Source: Macrostomum lignano (Eukaryota). From it: a stretch of 64,000 nt of DNA. Below the pieces are notes generated by a model. The model was not told the DNA's origin and did not search any database. It saw nothing but the letters and a program-made list of their open reading frames with translations. Position numbers and translations under genes: made by a program. Numbering within the stretch: position 1 is the stretch's first letter; each line of letters begins with the position of its first letter. Of the stretch, positions 21,201 through 38,011 are shown in pieces. The stretch spans positions 930,001 to 994,000 of the forward strand of contig NIVC01000032.1 in the NCBI GenBank assembly GCA_002269645.1. The letters are read 5' to 3'.

Positions 21201-24200
21201 CCTCTCGTTACACATCCAGATGTTCTGCCTTGATGCTGGACTAGCTCACTTTCTAGGAATCTGTTCTGATTGCATTCTAACAAACTGAAGCATTCTCGGC
21301 ACTAAACTTTCTCGGCGGCTCTAAGAGCCAGAGCCTCAAACAGACAGAAATCTGTTCGAGTTGTGTCTGTAGGTTAGGTGGACCAGCTACTCCACAGCAC
21401 TTCTAGGCGATAATCTGAGCCAAAAGTCTCCGAGAGACTTTCGTTACACATCCAGATGTTCTGCCTTGATGCTGGACTAGCTCACTTTCTAGGAATCTGT
21501 TCTGATTGCATTCTAACAAACTGAAGCATTCTCGGCACTAAACTTTCTCGGCGGCTCTAAGAGCCAGAGCCTCAAACAGACAGAAATCTGTTCGAGTTGT
21601 GTCTGTAGGTTAGGTGGACCAGCTACTCCACAGCACTTCTAGGCGAAAATCTGAGCCAGGAATCTCCAAAAGCCTCTCGTTACACATCCAGATGTTCTGC
21701 CTTGATGCTGGACTAGCTCACTTTCTAGGAATCTGTTCTGATTGCATTCTAACAAAATGAAGCATTTTCTGCACTAAACTTTCTCGGCGGCTGTAAGAGC
21801 CAGAGCCTAAACAGACAGAGAAATCTGTTCGAGTTGTGTCTGTAGGTTAGGTGGACCAGCTACTCCAAAGCACTTCTAGGCGATAATCTGAGCCAGGAGT
21901 CTCCGAGAGACTTTCGTTACACATCCAGATGTTCTGCCTTGATGCTGGACTAGCTCACTTTCTAGGAATCTGTTCTGATTGCATTCTAACAAACTGAAGC
22001 ATTCTCGGCACTAAACTTTCTCGGCGGCTCTAAGAGCCAGAGCCTCAAACAGACAGAAATCTGTTCGAGTTGTGTCTGTAGGTTAGGTGGACCAGCTACT
22101 CCACAGCACTTCTAGGCGATAATCTGAGCCAAAAGTCTCCGAGAGACTTTCGTTACACATCCAGATGTTCTGCCTTGATGCTGGACTAGCTCACTTTCTA
22201 GGAATCTGTTCTGATTGCATTCTAACAAACTGAAGCATTCTCGGCACTAAACTTTCTCGGCGGCTCTAAGAGCCAGAGCCTCAAACAGACAGAAATCTGT
22301 TCGAGTTGTGTCTGTAGGTTAGGTGGACCAGCTACTCCACAGCACTTCTAGGCAATAATCTGAGCCAGGAATCTCCAAGAGCCTCTCGTTACACATCCAG
22401 ATGTTCTGCCTTGATGCTGGACTAGCTCACTTTCTAGGAATCTGTTCTGATTGCATTCTAACAAAATGAAGCATTTTCTGCACTAAACTTTCTCGGCGGC
22501 TCTAAGAGCCAGAGCCTAAACAGACAGAGAAATCTGTTCGAGTTGTGTCTGTAGGTTAGGTGGACCAGCTATTCTACAGCACTTCTAGGCGATAACCTGA
22601 GCCAGGAATCTCCAAGAGCCTCTCGTTACACATCCAGATGTTCTACCTTGATGCTGGACTAGCTCACTTTCTAGGAATCTGTTCTGATTGCATTCTAACA
22701 AACTGAAGCATTCTCGGCACTAAACTTTCTCGGCGGCTCTAAGAGCCAGAGCCTCAAACAGACAGAGAAATCTGTTCGAGTTGTGTCTGTAGGTTAGGTG
22801 GACCAGCTACTCCAAAGCACTTCTAGGCGATAATCCGAGCCAGAAATCTCCGAGAGCCTCTCGTTACACATCCAGATGTTCTACCTTGATGCTGGACTAG
22901 CTCACTTTCTAGGAATCTGTTCTGATTGCATTCTAACAAACTGAAGCATTCTCGGCACTAAACTTTCTCGGCGGCTCTAAGAGCCAGAGCCTCAAACAGA
23001 CAGAAATCTGTTCGAGTTGTGTCTGTAGGTTAGGTGGACCAGCTACTCCACAGTACTTCTAGGCGATAATCTGAGCCAGGAGTCTCCGAGAGACTTTCGT
23101 TACACATCCAGATGTTCTGCCTTGATGCTGGACTAGCTCACTTTCTAGGAATCTATTCTGATTGCATTCTAACAAACTGAAGCATTTTCTGCACTAAACT
23201 TTCTCGGCGGCTCTAAGAGCCAGAGCCTAAACAGACAGAAATCTGTTTGAGTTGTGTCTGTAGGTTAGGTGGACCAGCTATTCTACAGCACTTCTAGGCG
23301 ATAATCTGAGCCAGGAATCTCCAAGAGCCTCTCGTTACACATCCAGATGTTTTACCTTGATGCTGGACTAGCTCACTTTCTAGGAATCTGTTCTGATTGC
23401 ATTCTAACAAACTGAAGCATTCTCGGCACTAAACTTTCTCGGCGGCTCTAAGAGCCAGAGCCTCAAACAGACAGAGAAATCTGTTCGAGTTGTGTCTGTA
23501 GGTTAGGTGGACCAGCTACTCCAAAGCACTTCTAGGCGATAATCTGAGCCAGGAATCTCCAAGAGCCTCTCGTTACACATCCAGATGTTCTACCTTGATG
23601 CTGGACTAGCTCACTTTCTAGGAATCTGTTCTGATTGCATTCTAACAAACTGAAGCATTCTCGGCACTAAACTTTCTCGGCGGCTCTAAGATCCAGAGCC
23701 TCAAACAGACAGAGAAATCTGTTCGAGTTGTGTCTGTAGGTTAGGTGGACCAGCTACTCCAAAGCACTTCTAGGCGATAATCTGAGCCAGGAATCTCCAA
23801 GAGCCTCTCGTTACACATCCAGATGTTCTACCTTGATGCTGGACTAGCTCACTTTCTAGGAATCTGTTCTGATTGCATTCTAACAAACTGAAGCATTCTC
23901 GGCACTAAACTTTCTCGGCGGCTCTAAGAGCCAGAGCCTCAAACAGACAGAGAAATCTGTTCGAGTTGTGTCTGTAGGTTAGGTGGACCAGCTACTCCAC
24001 AGTACTTCTAGGCGATAATCCGAGCCAGGAGTCTCGAGAGACTTTCGTTACACATCCAGATGTTCTACCTTGATGCTGGACTAGCTCACTTTCTAGGAAT
24101 CTGTTCTGATTGCATTCTAACAAACTGAAGCATTCTCGGCACTAAACTTTCTCGGCGGCTCTGAGAGCCAGAGCCTCAAACAGACAGAGAAATCTGTTCG

Positions 24201-27200
24201 AGTTGTGTCTGTAGGTTAGGTGGACCAGCTACTCCAAAGCACTTCTAGGCGATAATCTGAGCCAGGAGTCTCCGAGAGCATCTCGTTACACATCCAGATG
24301 TTCTGCCTTGATGCTGGACTAGCTCACTTTCTAGGAATCTTTTCTGATTGCATTCTAACAAACTGAAGCATTCTCGGCACTAAACTTTCTCGGCGGCTCT
24401 AAGAGCCAGAGCCTCAAACAGACAGAAATCTGTTCGAGTTGTGTCTGTAGGTTAGGTGGACCAGCTACTCCACAGCACTTCTAGGCGATAATCTGAGCCA
24501 GGAATCTCCAGAGCCTCTCGTTACACATCCAGATGTTCTGCCTTGATGCTGGACTAGCTCACTTTCTAGGAATCTGTTCTGATTGCATTCTAACAAAATG
24601 AAGCATTTCTCTGCACTAAACTTTCTCGGCGGCTCTAAGAGCCAGAGCCTAAACAGACAGAGAAATCTGTTCGAGTTGTGTCTGTAGGTTAGGTGGACCA
24701 GCTACTCCACAGCACTTCTAGGCGATAATCTGAGCCAGGAATCTCCGAGAGCCTCTCGTTACACATCCAGATGTTCTACCTTGATGCTGGACTAGCTCAC
24801 TTTCTAGGAATCTGTTCTGATTGCATTCTAACAAACTGAAGCATTCTCGGCACTAAACTTTCTCGGCGGCTCTGAGAGCCAGAGCCTCAAACAGACAGAG
24901 AAATCTGTTCGAGTTGTGTCTGTAGGCTAGGTGGACCACCTTCTGAGAGCCAAAGCCTCAAACAGACTGAGAGAGCTGCTTCAGTTGTGTCTGTAGGTTA
25001 TGTGGACCATTTAAGAGCCAGAGCCTCAAACAGACAGAGAAATCTGTTTGAGTTGTGTCTGTAGGTTAGGTGGACCAGCTACTCCACAGCACTTCTAGGC
25101 GATAATCTGAGCCAGGAATCTCCAAGAGCCTCTCGTTACACATCCAGATGTTCTGCCTTGATGCTGGACTAGCTCACTTTCTAGGAATCTGTTCTGATTG
25201 CATTCTAACAAACTGAAGCATTCTCGGCACTAAACTTTCTCGGCGGCTCTAAGAGCCAGAGCCTCAAACAGACAGAAATCTGTTCGAGTTGTGTCTGTAG
25301 GTTAGGTGGACCAGCTACTCCACAGCACTTCTAGGCGAAAATCTGAGCCAGGAATCTCCAAGAGCCTCTCGTTACAGATCCAGATGTTCTGCCTTGATGC
25401 TGGACTAGCTCACTTTCTAGGAATCTGTTCTGATTGCATTCTAACAAAATGAAGCATTTTCTGCACTAAACTTTCTCGGCGGCTCTAAGAGCCAGAGCCT
25501 AAACAGACAGAGAAATCTGTTCGAGTTGTGTCTGTAGGTTAGGTGGACCAGCTACTCCAAAGCACTTCTAGGCGATAATCTGAGCCAGGAGTCTCCGAGA
25601 GACTTTCGTTACACATCCAGATGTTCTGCCTTGATGCTGGACTAGCTCACTTTCTAGGAATCTGTTCTGATTGCATTCTGACAAACTGAAGCATTCTCGG
25701 CACTAAACTTTCTCGGCGGCTCTAAGAGCCAGAGCCTCAAACAGACAGAAATCTGTTCGAGTTGTGTCTGTAGGTTAGGTGGACCAGCTACTCCACAGCA
25801 CTTCTAGGCGATAATCTGAGCCAAAAGTCTCCGAGAGACTTTCGTTACACATCCAGATGTTCTGCCTTGATGCTGGACTAGCTCACTTTCTAGGAATCTG
25901 TTCTGATTGCATTCTAACAAACTGAAGCATTCTCGGCACTAAACTTTCTCGGCGGCTCTAAGAGCCAGAGCCTCAAACAGACAGAGAAATCTGTTCGAGT
26001 TGTGTCTGTAGGTTAGGTGGACCAGCTACTCCACAGCACTTCTAGGCGATAATCTGAGCCAAAAGTCTCCGAGAGACTTTCGTTACACATCCAGATGTTC
26101 TGCCTTGATGCTGGACTAGCTCACTTTCTAGGAATCTGTTCTGATTGCATTCTAACAAACTGAAGCATTCTCGGCACTAAACTTTCTCGGCGGCTCTAAG
26201 AGCCAGAGCCTAAACAGACAGAAATCTGTTCGAGTTGTGTCTGTAGGATAGGTGGACCAGCTACTCCACAGCACTTCTAGGCGATAATCTGAGCCAGGAA
26301 TCTCCGAGAGCCTCTCGTTACACATCCAGATGTTCTGCCTTGATGCTGGACTAGCTCACTTTCTAGGAATCTGTTCTGATTGCATTCTAACAAACTGAAG
26401 CATTCTCGGCACTAAACTTTCTCGGCGGCTCTAAGAGCCAGAGCCTCAAACAGACAGAAATCTGTTCGAGTTGTGTCTGTAGGTTAGGTGGACCAGCTAC
26501 TCCACAGCACTTCTAGGCGATAATCTGAGCCAGGAATCTCCAAGAGCCTCTCGTTACACATCCAGATGTTCTGCCTTGATGCTGGACTAGCTCACTTTCT
26601 AGGAATCTGTTCTGATTGCATTCTAACAAAATGAAGCATTTTCTGCACTAAACTTTCTCGGCGGCTCTAAGAGCCAGAGCCTAAACAGACAGAGAAATCT
26701 GTTCGAGTTGTGTCTGTAGGTTAGGTGGACCAGCTACTCCACAGTACTTCTAGGCGATAATCCGAGCCAGGAGTCTCCGAGAGACTTTCGTTACACATCC
26801 AGATGTTCTACCTTGATGCTGGACTAGCTCACTTTCTAGGAATCTGTTCTGATTGCATTCTAACAAACTGAAGCATTCTCGGCACTAAACTTTCTCGGCG
26901 GCTCTGAGAGCCAGAGCCTAAACAGACAGAGAAATCTGTTCGAGCTGTGTCTGTAGGTTAGGTGGACCAGCTACTCCAAAGCACTTCTAGGCGATAATCT
27001 GAGCCAGGAGTCTCCGAGAGCATCTCGTTACACATCCAGATGTTCTGCCTTGATGCTGGACTAGCTCTGACTTTCTAAGGAATCTCGTTCTGATTGCAGG
27101 TTCCAGCTAACAAAACTGAGCCAGCATTTCTCGATGCACTAAACTTTCTCTGGCGAAGCATCTGCAGAGCCAGAGCCTCAAACAGACAGAGAAATCTGTT

Positions 27201-29046
27201 CGAGTTGTGTCTGTAGGTTAGGTGGACCACCTTCTGAGAGCCAAAGCCTCAAACAGACTGAGAGAGCTGATTCAGTTGTGTCTGTAGGTTAGGTGGACCA
27301 GCTTCTCTACAGCAATTGAGTTGCAGGCCTTGCAGCTAGCTACTTTGAGATCATCAAACGAAACTCACTTTTCTGGACTCGGTGTCGACGGATTTGCGAG
27401 CAGACTGATGATTTTCACCAGGCGATGCGGCTTCTTCGATTTCGCAGTGGCTTTTTGCGACGGTGTTTTTTTAGTTTTTATTTTAGGCTTGGCGTCCTTT
27501 TTTGCGGGTCATCATATCTTGGTTGTAGATTACAGTTTTTGGCACAATAAATTTATATATGGATGAAACTTGGAGTAAGGATTAACATTAGACCTATTAA
27601 GTATAAAAAACCGTTCTAATCTATACAATTGCAATCCTTTAGAGTTGTATAGTATGGATTATAAGTACTTTCTTTTAAACTGTCTGTGTCTGGTCTCACT
27701 ACGCCATGGTTTACGTGGACCACCCGCTTAGACATTATATATCCCTCTCTCCACTGTCTTACCTTCAGAACGCTTGCGGGTTTCCTATTGGCTGCGGTCG
27801 GTCCCATTGTTGGGGTGGATCTATCCTCCTAAGTGTTAACCAGCCAATTATAGAAAGGGAGGTCTGTCTGTCTGTCTGTTCCAACCCTATACTCCTGCAC
27901 ATGTGTTTACGTGGACCAAACAGACAGTGAGTGTTAGGCTGACTGTTAATGCGTTCTTAGTTTTACTGGGACCGCAATCAAGTCGACCTTTTGCTAGAGA
28001 GTCAGAGACCCGATCGCTAGCTAAAAGGCCCTTCTTAATTGCGTCCTCTTGATCAAATCTTTTGCATGTACATGTATGAATTGTCCTTTTCAATTAGGTA
28101 AATTGCATCTTCAACTTTGCACTTGAAAGGCTGCAGCTTAGGATCTTCTTCTTCCAAAATTGGAGGAGGATAGAACAGGATATCCCATAGTGTTTAGGAT
28201 AGAATTGGCAAGCACTTAATTCATGAAGTTGCTATTTTCTTCTTGTGTAATGGTAGAGCCTCAGAAATTCGCATTTACACAGTGTGGCTATCAAGGACCA
28301 CTGGGAGTTCTTGAGAAGTCATTGAAGAATACTATTTAAGCTTCACTTAAATATCTTTCTTGTCTCGGAGTCTTTATCGTTTGATCTGGTTCGCGAATTG
28401 GATTTCTTTACGTTGGTGTCTTACTCTGTGAGTCTGTGCTCAGAGTACGATACCGGAATTGCTGGAACTGAGCTAATTAAATGGAGTTTAAAGTTTACTG
28501 TATCAAATTCATTTCGCATACGAGGTTTCAGAATTTTTAATTAACCTGCGTACCGACTTGAATGTCAAAGAACTGAACGCATATTGTTTTAAAGCCAGTA
28601 GCGGTCATAATATGATGCCAACATGGCCCTTTGTTCGTAAGGTAATGATCTGTAAAAAAATCAGTTTTGCATTGAATCTGTGCTTAATAACTGCTATACA
28701 CAAACAGACACAAACAGACACAAACAGACACAAACAGACGATTTTCGAAAAATTTTCTAAAATTTTTCGGTTTACGTGGACCAGACTCGCTCGGTTTAGG
28801 TAGACCAGGCTGGAGGTCCAGCTAAACTGAAATGCAAATAACTTTGGAAAAAACCATGCTAGACATCCCAAAATTGCTTAAGCCTTTCTTGACCCGCCTG
28901 ACATTAATGTGAGATCCTCATCAACGTCTTAACCCCACCAGAGACAAAATTATTTGGTGGTCCACCTAAGTGGTCTACCTACACCGGTTGGTCCAGCTAA
29001 CGAGGCTACTGAACTTCCAAAAAGTCCACGTAAACACACAGACAGT
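18220..29046. mobile_element. Putative non-autonomous DNA transposon (10.8 kb) with 16-bp TIRs, subterminal TTA(C/G)GTGGACC motifs and an internal satellite
   Basis: ACTGTCTGTGTGTTTA at 18220-18235 and its exact reverse complement at 29031-29046. GTGGACC-type motifs cluster inward from both ends. (GACA)n on both sides; no target-site duplication identified. Confidence 0.55.
19288..27305. repeat. Satellite array, 236-238-bp unit (~30 copies) with interspersed ~75-bp sub-units
   Basis: Unit starts measured at 20471, 20709 and 20947 (238-bp period); units highly similar. Confidence 0.95.
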
Positions 29047-29535
<489 letters not shown>

Positions 29536-29909
29536 CAATGTTAGTAATCGAAAAATCGCTAAGCATCATTAAAAGGAACTTACGAAGCCAAGCGATCAAA
29601 CAAAAAAATGTCCAAATCACAGTGATGGATAACTGGATTCCGTTGGAGCACTTCATTTTTGTATATTGTTCATTTACTTGGAGATAATTCTGTCGCTAAA
29701 AATGACCGCACTGGCAGCACGATGCAGAGCAGAAGCGAGGTTGGTCGACACGTAGCAGATTTGACTTGCAGTGTGGAGTAAATCTGTGCGAGCGCTTTAA
29801 TAGCAATAACCTCTGCCCAGCTATCTGCTATGAGCACCCAATGGAATGCCATGTGACAGGAACTTCATCTCATTGGCTTTGGCTGCTGGCTGATGACGTG
29901 GGTGGCTGC

Positions 29910-30228
<319 letters not shown>

Positions 30229-30574
30229 AACCCTTTTAAAAATAGAAAGGGCTTACTCAGTATAGCTTGAATAAATTGACCATGAAAACAGGCGTTCAAG
30301 TTTTTTTCGGAACATTTTTCTCAGTTTTTGTGCCAATTTATCTGGAATGATTGTTCTACTCTCTTCTGAAAAGTAGTATTGCACGTGCTTTAAGGATTTT
30401 TTACTGTAATTATTAAACTTCCGTTGAGACTTAATCTGTGCTATTCATATAAATGTACCTATCATAAAATATTACCGCTATTACTAAAGCCCCTCAAACT
30501 AAAGCCTCTTCAAATGGCATGACGCCTCATCAAAGTCAATAGCACCTCATCAAGCAAGCTGGCGCCTCATCAAA

Positions 30575-30680
30575 TTATCAAATAACATGGCGCCTCATCA
30601 GATAACATGGCGCCTCATCAAATAACATGGCGCCTCATCAAATAACACGGCGTCAAATCAAATTCTTGGCACCTCATCAA
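30575..30680. repeat. Short ~20-bp tandem repeat (GGCGCCTCATCAAATAACAT)
   Basis: About 5 degenerate copies. Confidence 0.7.
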
Positions 30681-31243
30681 ATGAAAAATTCGGCCTACAA
30701 CTTTTCTGTGAAAAGTAACGAGCTCAAATCTGATTGGGTCCTAAAGATTTCGCTAGAGAACAAGTTGGATTCCTATTGGTCGAAATTAACGCCATTTTGA
30801 GGACTTACAGCAGCCATACCTTGGGACGGTGAATTTTTATAATAATAGCCGGCAGCAAAGTTGACAGACTGCTGCATGGACGCTGAGACAAATTTAATTA
30901 AAACAACACATAAGTTCAGATAAAAAGCACCAAAAATGGACAATCTAAAAGTGATTGGAGCATCCAATTTCAGCAGAGTTCCAAGCGATATCGACAATCT
31001 GAGTCACTGGCTGCTGGTAAGTTGAAAAGGAATTCATTAGAATTTATCAATAAGCGTACGTTAATCTAGTTACGTTAAAGGAACGCTAGTTCAAAAATAA
31101 TTTCCCCCGAATCGATACATCACCCAAGTCCGATCTGTTAAGTGCATCTAAGAAAGTTAATTGATTTCCTCGGATGGATATTGATCCCAAAAGACAGTAC
31201 TTATAAATTTTCTTTATTTTGTGTCTTTCTATACGATTTGCAG

Positions 31244-32512
31244 ACAACGCCGTCAACCCTCCTGTCAACTGTGACCTGCCTCACCTGGTCCTATTTGCAG
31301 TCTGGCAGCTTTATCCTGCTAGCGATATGCCTAGTAACCATTAATCTGATTGTTGTGCTAGGCAATACTTTGGTTGTTCTGGCCGCTTGTACATCGGCTA
31401 AGCTGCAAAACGCGCTGACCAGCACCTTTGTAGTGAGCCTGGCTTTAAGCGACCTTCTACTTGGCGCTGCAGTGCTGCCGTTCTCAACTGTGCACCAGCT
31501 GCTGCTCAAGCACTGGGTGTTCGGCAGCCGATGGTGCCAGATCTGGCTAGCTACCGATGTCTGGACCTGCACAGCCTCCATTCTCAATCTGGTGATTATC
31601 AGTCTCGACCGCTACCTCAGCTTGTGCCATCCGTTGAAGTATCCAAAGTTGATGAATAGACGCCGAGCTCGAGGCATGGTTGCCGGCGTGTGGATTCTGG
31701 CCAGCGCCATCAGCCTGCCCACCCTGCTGGCTGGTTCCGCGTCTAATCAGTACGAGCTAGAAAATGACGCTGACAATGATACATCGGGGGTCACCAGCGA
31801 TAAGCCAACCGGATGTCTTCGCCTGGGTCCAACATGCACCATTGCTCAGAGTGAACGGGGATACATTGTCTATTCAGCGCTTGGTTCGTTCTTCATCCCA
31901 TTTCTAGTGGTGACTTATTTGTACGCTAAGATCTGTACCGTGGTGCATCGCACTTTGCGAGCTGGACGCATGGGAACGGTCACTGTGCAGGCTCGCAGGC
32001 AATACGGAGAGCTCCGGGTGCACAGAGGCGGCGGAGGTGGCAGCGGCGGTGGCGAAGGGCAGACGGGAGCTCCGCTTTTCTCGGCTCGTTACGGTCGGGA
32101 GCTCAAAGCGGCCCGCATGCTGGCGATCATCTGCGTAGCCTTTGTTGGTTGCTGGGCGCCTTTCTTCTCTGTCTACCTGTCCGGTGCAGCCTGTCCGGGC
32201 TGCGTGCCACCCCGAGTTTTCGACTTCTGCTTCTGGCTCGGCTACCTGAACAGCGCTTTAAACCCCTTCATCTACGCGCTTTTCTCCGCTGATTACCGGC
32301 GAGCGTTCAAAGCGTTGATTGTTCGACTGTGGCGGGCCAGACCAGTTCCTGGCTTCTGCTCGAAGCGACAGAGTGGCGGCGGCGGTGTCGTTGGCGGCGA
32401 CATCGGCCGCGGGGCCAGCGGCGGGATCGCCGGCAGCAGCGGAGCGAGCAGGCTGATGATGACCACCCAGCGCGAAGGATTTGGCTCGTTTTCAGCTGAA
32501 ACTCAAGCTTAA
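31244..32512 (+). CDS. Rhodopsin-class biogenic amine GPCR, most like octopamine alpha (OAMB/OctalphaR-type) receptors; main exon
   Basis: 7 TM segments. TM3 WLATDVWTCTASILNL..ISLDRY (Asp3.32), TM5 YIVYSALGSFFIP, ICL3 ELRVHRG, TM6 KAARMLAII..FVGCWAPFF, TM7 FWLGYLNSALNPFIYALFS. Strong acceptor ttctatacgatttgcag at 31243; the start codon must lie in an upstream exon. Confidence 0.88.
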   Translation, partial: TTPSTLLSTVTCLTWSYLQSGSFILLAICLVTINLIVVLGNTLVVLAACTSAKLQNALTSTFVVSLALSDLLLGAAVLPFSTVHQLLLKHWVFGSRWCQIWLATDVWTCTASILNLVIISLDRYLSLCHPLKYPKLMNRRRARGMVAGVWILASAISLPTLLAGSASNQYELENDADNDTSGVTSDKPTGCLRLGPTCTIAQSERGYIVYSALGSFFIPFLVVTYLYAKICTVVHRTLRAGRMGTVTVQARRQYGELRVHRGGGGGSGGGEGQTGAPLFSARYGRELKAARMLAIICVAFVGCWAPFFSVYLSGAACPGCVPPRVFDFCFWLGYLNSALNPFIYALFSADYRRAFKALIVRLWRARPVPGFCSKRQSGGGGVVGGDIGRGASGGIAGSSGASRLMMTTQREGFGSFSAETQA

Positions 32513-35135
32513 GTTTTAATCCGAACTGATTTAGACTGAAGCATGTACAGAGCTAATGATTGTTGGTTTTTTTAACGCTTGCTTCCCTATTGGGAACCCT
32601 GTAAATAAATCTCCAAGAGCTACCACCATGTCTCCGACCACATGCGGTCCACGAAGCCTCTCTATCCGACCCTCGGGTTCTTTGAAACTTCACAATAGCA
32701 ATCCGGCCCGCTCAAGGTTTGTCTCTTCTCGGCTCTCTTTTCTTTTTGTATCCTCTCCTCTCTCACCTCCCATCTCTCCTCTCTCCCCTCTCCTCTCTCT
32801 CCTCTCTACCCTCCTCCTTAATCTCCCCTCTCTCTCTTCTCTCTTCTTTTTTATTCTCTACTAGTATTCCCTATCTTCTTTCCTCCTCTCTGGCGCGAAA
32901 ATATTGCGTTAGATTCTGTATCTTGCCCTTAAGTTAGAAAGGTTTTCACTTAAAAATACTTTAAAATATAATATTGACCTTGCGTTAATTGTATTTAGCA
33001 ATAGTGAACCGTGTAAGGCTGCATGCTTCTGACTTCTAACCGAGGAGGAAGACACTTGAAAGAAAAGACTGTCTTGCTAAAAAATCAAAGCATATGTCGC
33101 GCACACGAAATAAAAATCAAAAATCTATTTGCATAGCCAGATGTGTGCTCAAGAATCTCGGCATGGCGGACGTGCTAAGTGTGTCAACTAAGCTTATAGA
33201 AAGGCGAATATAAGAAAATTATTCTGAGAAGATAACTCTGCGCCCACCCCCACCCCCCTGCACACCACTTCGCATCTAACAAGGCGTGAAAGCGGAGTCA
33301 GCGACTGACATTGCGGCTCATTAAGCATGTAATATATATACACAAGAGTTAATGTCATATCCATGGCGACAGCTTTCATCCTCCACGCTTGAAAGTTCAG
33401 CTCTAGACTTAACACTACTGCAGCTGTCTCTCTATCGCATGGCTGTCTCTTCCGCTATCGCTCCCCGTTGGACAGCTGAGGGAAATCCACTTCTGACTGA
33501 CTTGGTTTTGAGCGGTTCCCATCGAGCCGGCTCTCCTACACTATGGCTGCGGCAGCGGTGCCTATCCCAAGTTCGCTCTCTTCCCCTCAATCAGATCAGG
33601 GCAACGAACTGAGTATTATTCTTCTTAGAAAGTATACAGTATATTCAGATAGTAGCTGAATCGGCCGAGTTCTCTGTTGAGTCGTTCTCATTTCTAATGC
33701 TTCCTGTTTAAGTATGTCTGTTGGCAGAAATTCAATTATAACAGCTTGAGAGCATGCAGACAATCAGTGAAAGTGTTTTATGACCTGCGTCCTTATTATC
33801 CGAAACAAGGTGCATAGGATTAAAAATGGCTTTTTTGCTGATCATAGATTTTTGAGTCAATTATTCGATGTTGCATTGTCGCTAAAGTGTGTGGCACAGG
33901 AGCATTAATCATCACTTCGAACTTCGAATGATCCGGTTTTTCTGACATTGATTAGCCTGAGCGTCACATCTGAAAAAGAAGCTTGTAACTTGCTGGCGGA
34001 ACATGCCGCAATGCTACCCTACAATCTATTATTAACCAGAAAGCCCATACAAAGAGTAAAAGCACAACACGACTCTGAACTTCCTGTGCTCTGCTTGGTT
34101 GAATAACCATAGTTGTGATTTATACGGTTCTTCATTTCCTTACAGGATTTTTTCCGGCTCAAGTTCAGCTTTTCGCCGGGCAAATAGAATGCTACTAGCA
34201 TCTTAGCCATCATCGCTTTTGCCTGCTTAATTCAAATAGTCGCAGGATCGTCTCACAACACCCATAATGTCTAATAGGCGGGTGGGTGCCATGGATAGGC
34301 AACCATGGATGGCTCGTCTGCCTTAAATTTGGGGGTGTAATTTTGCCCCACGAAGACCCCGTTCGCACCGATTGGCTACTGAAAATCCTTTAGTTGTCTA
34401 GGGTAAACTTTGTAAGCTCAGGGTCCCAGGGGTAGCACGGCATGAAGCGATTGAGCACGGTAGCACGGCACGTCGATTGAGCCGTGTAATATAACTGGAA
34501 ATGTAAAGCACTCTAGAGTATACTCCCTCAGAATGTACACCAGACTTCTTGCTCAACCTTTGGCAGTTTACAAAAACTAGCTAACCATTTTCATCAATAG
34601 ATCTAGAAAACCATAAACAGATGAAGAAGATATTGCGGTAAATACAATGAGTTGAGAGCGAGAAATTCCAAGCATTCCTACCAGTGAAGCTAGAGAGAAT
34701 TGAATTATCAAGAACGCAACAGTCAAGACCCAATGTCGATAGAAGTGTGTGGAATTTGAAGAGCTATACAGTAGGCAGAGTGAAGGAGGGGGGAGAGACA
34801 AAACTGGGCGGACAAATTGAGCTACTGGAATTGTTTAGTCACATTGGGCAGGTGGTCAGGCCATACGCCTTATTGTGTTGTGCATCTCTGGTAATTTGCG
34901 CTTGTCAAATACGTTCGTATGAGGTCTGAATGAAGCTGTTCAGAGAGTTGGGACAGAAATTTCGACTAAATGCATTCATTCTCTGTGTTTTTTCTTTCTC
35001 TCTTGCATTGCGTTGATACTTGTCCATATAACCCCAGCATGACCCCGACAATGGGCCAGTAGGAGTAGAGTATCCTGGCGCATTTCGCCTTCAGCCTTTG
35101 CTTCGAAAAGTTTAGTTGGCAGTTTTAGTCGACAG

Positions 35136-37817
<2,682 letters not shown>

Positions 37818-38011
37818 CGCGGGTTCTGTGTGAGCATGCAATCAAATAATTAGCAAGAATAAAGGCAAGGACTACTAGAGAAGTTATCGTTGCAACAAAG
37901 ATACAACGGTAACTTTTAGTGGTCCTTGACTTGAATAAGGAATTGAAGTTAAGAGTGTAAGGTACGTACTAATGCTCGTCTAGGAAGGGAATTACAGGGA
38001 ATAAGTAGAAG

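Noticed and set aside
19288-27305. CRISPR-like array or hammerhead-ribozyme satellite
   Set aside because: Units are full-length copies with no unique spacers; eukaryotic context with no cas genes; no CUGANGA...GAAA core found on either strand.
19190-27570. Minus-strand exons flanking the satellite (donor GTGAGT near 27362, acceptor near 19258)
   Set aside because: Frames are short, with stops upstream and no recognisable domain; could be a decayed element ORF but is unsupported.
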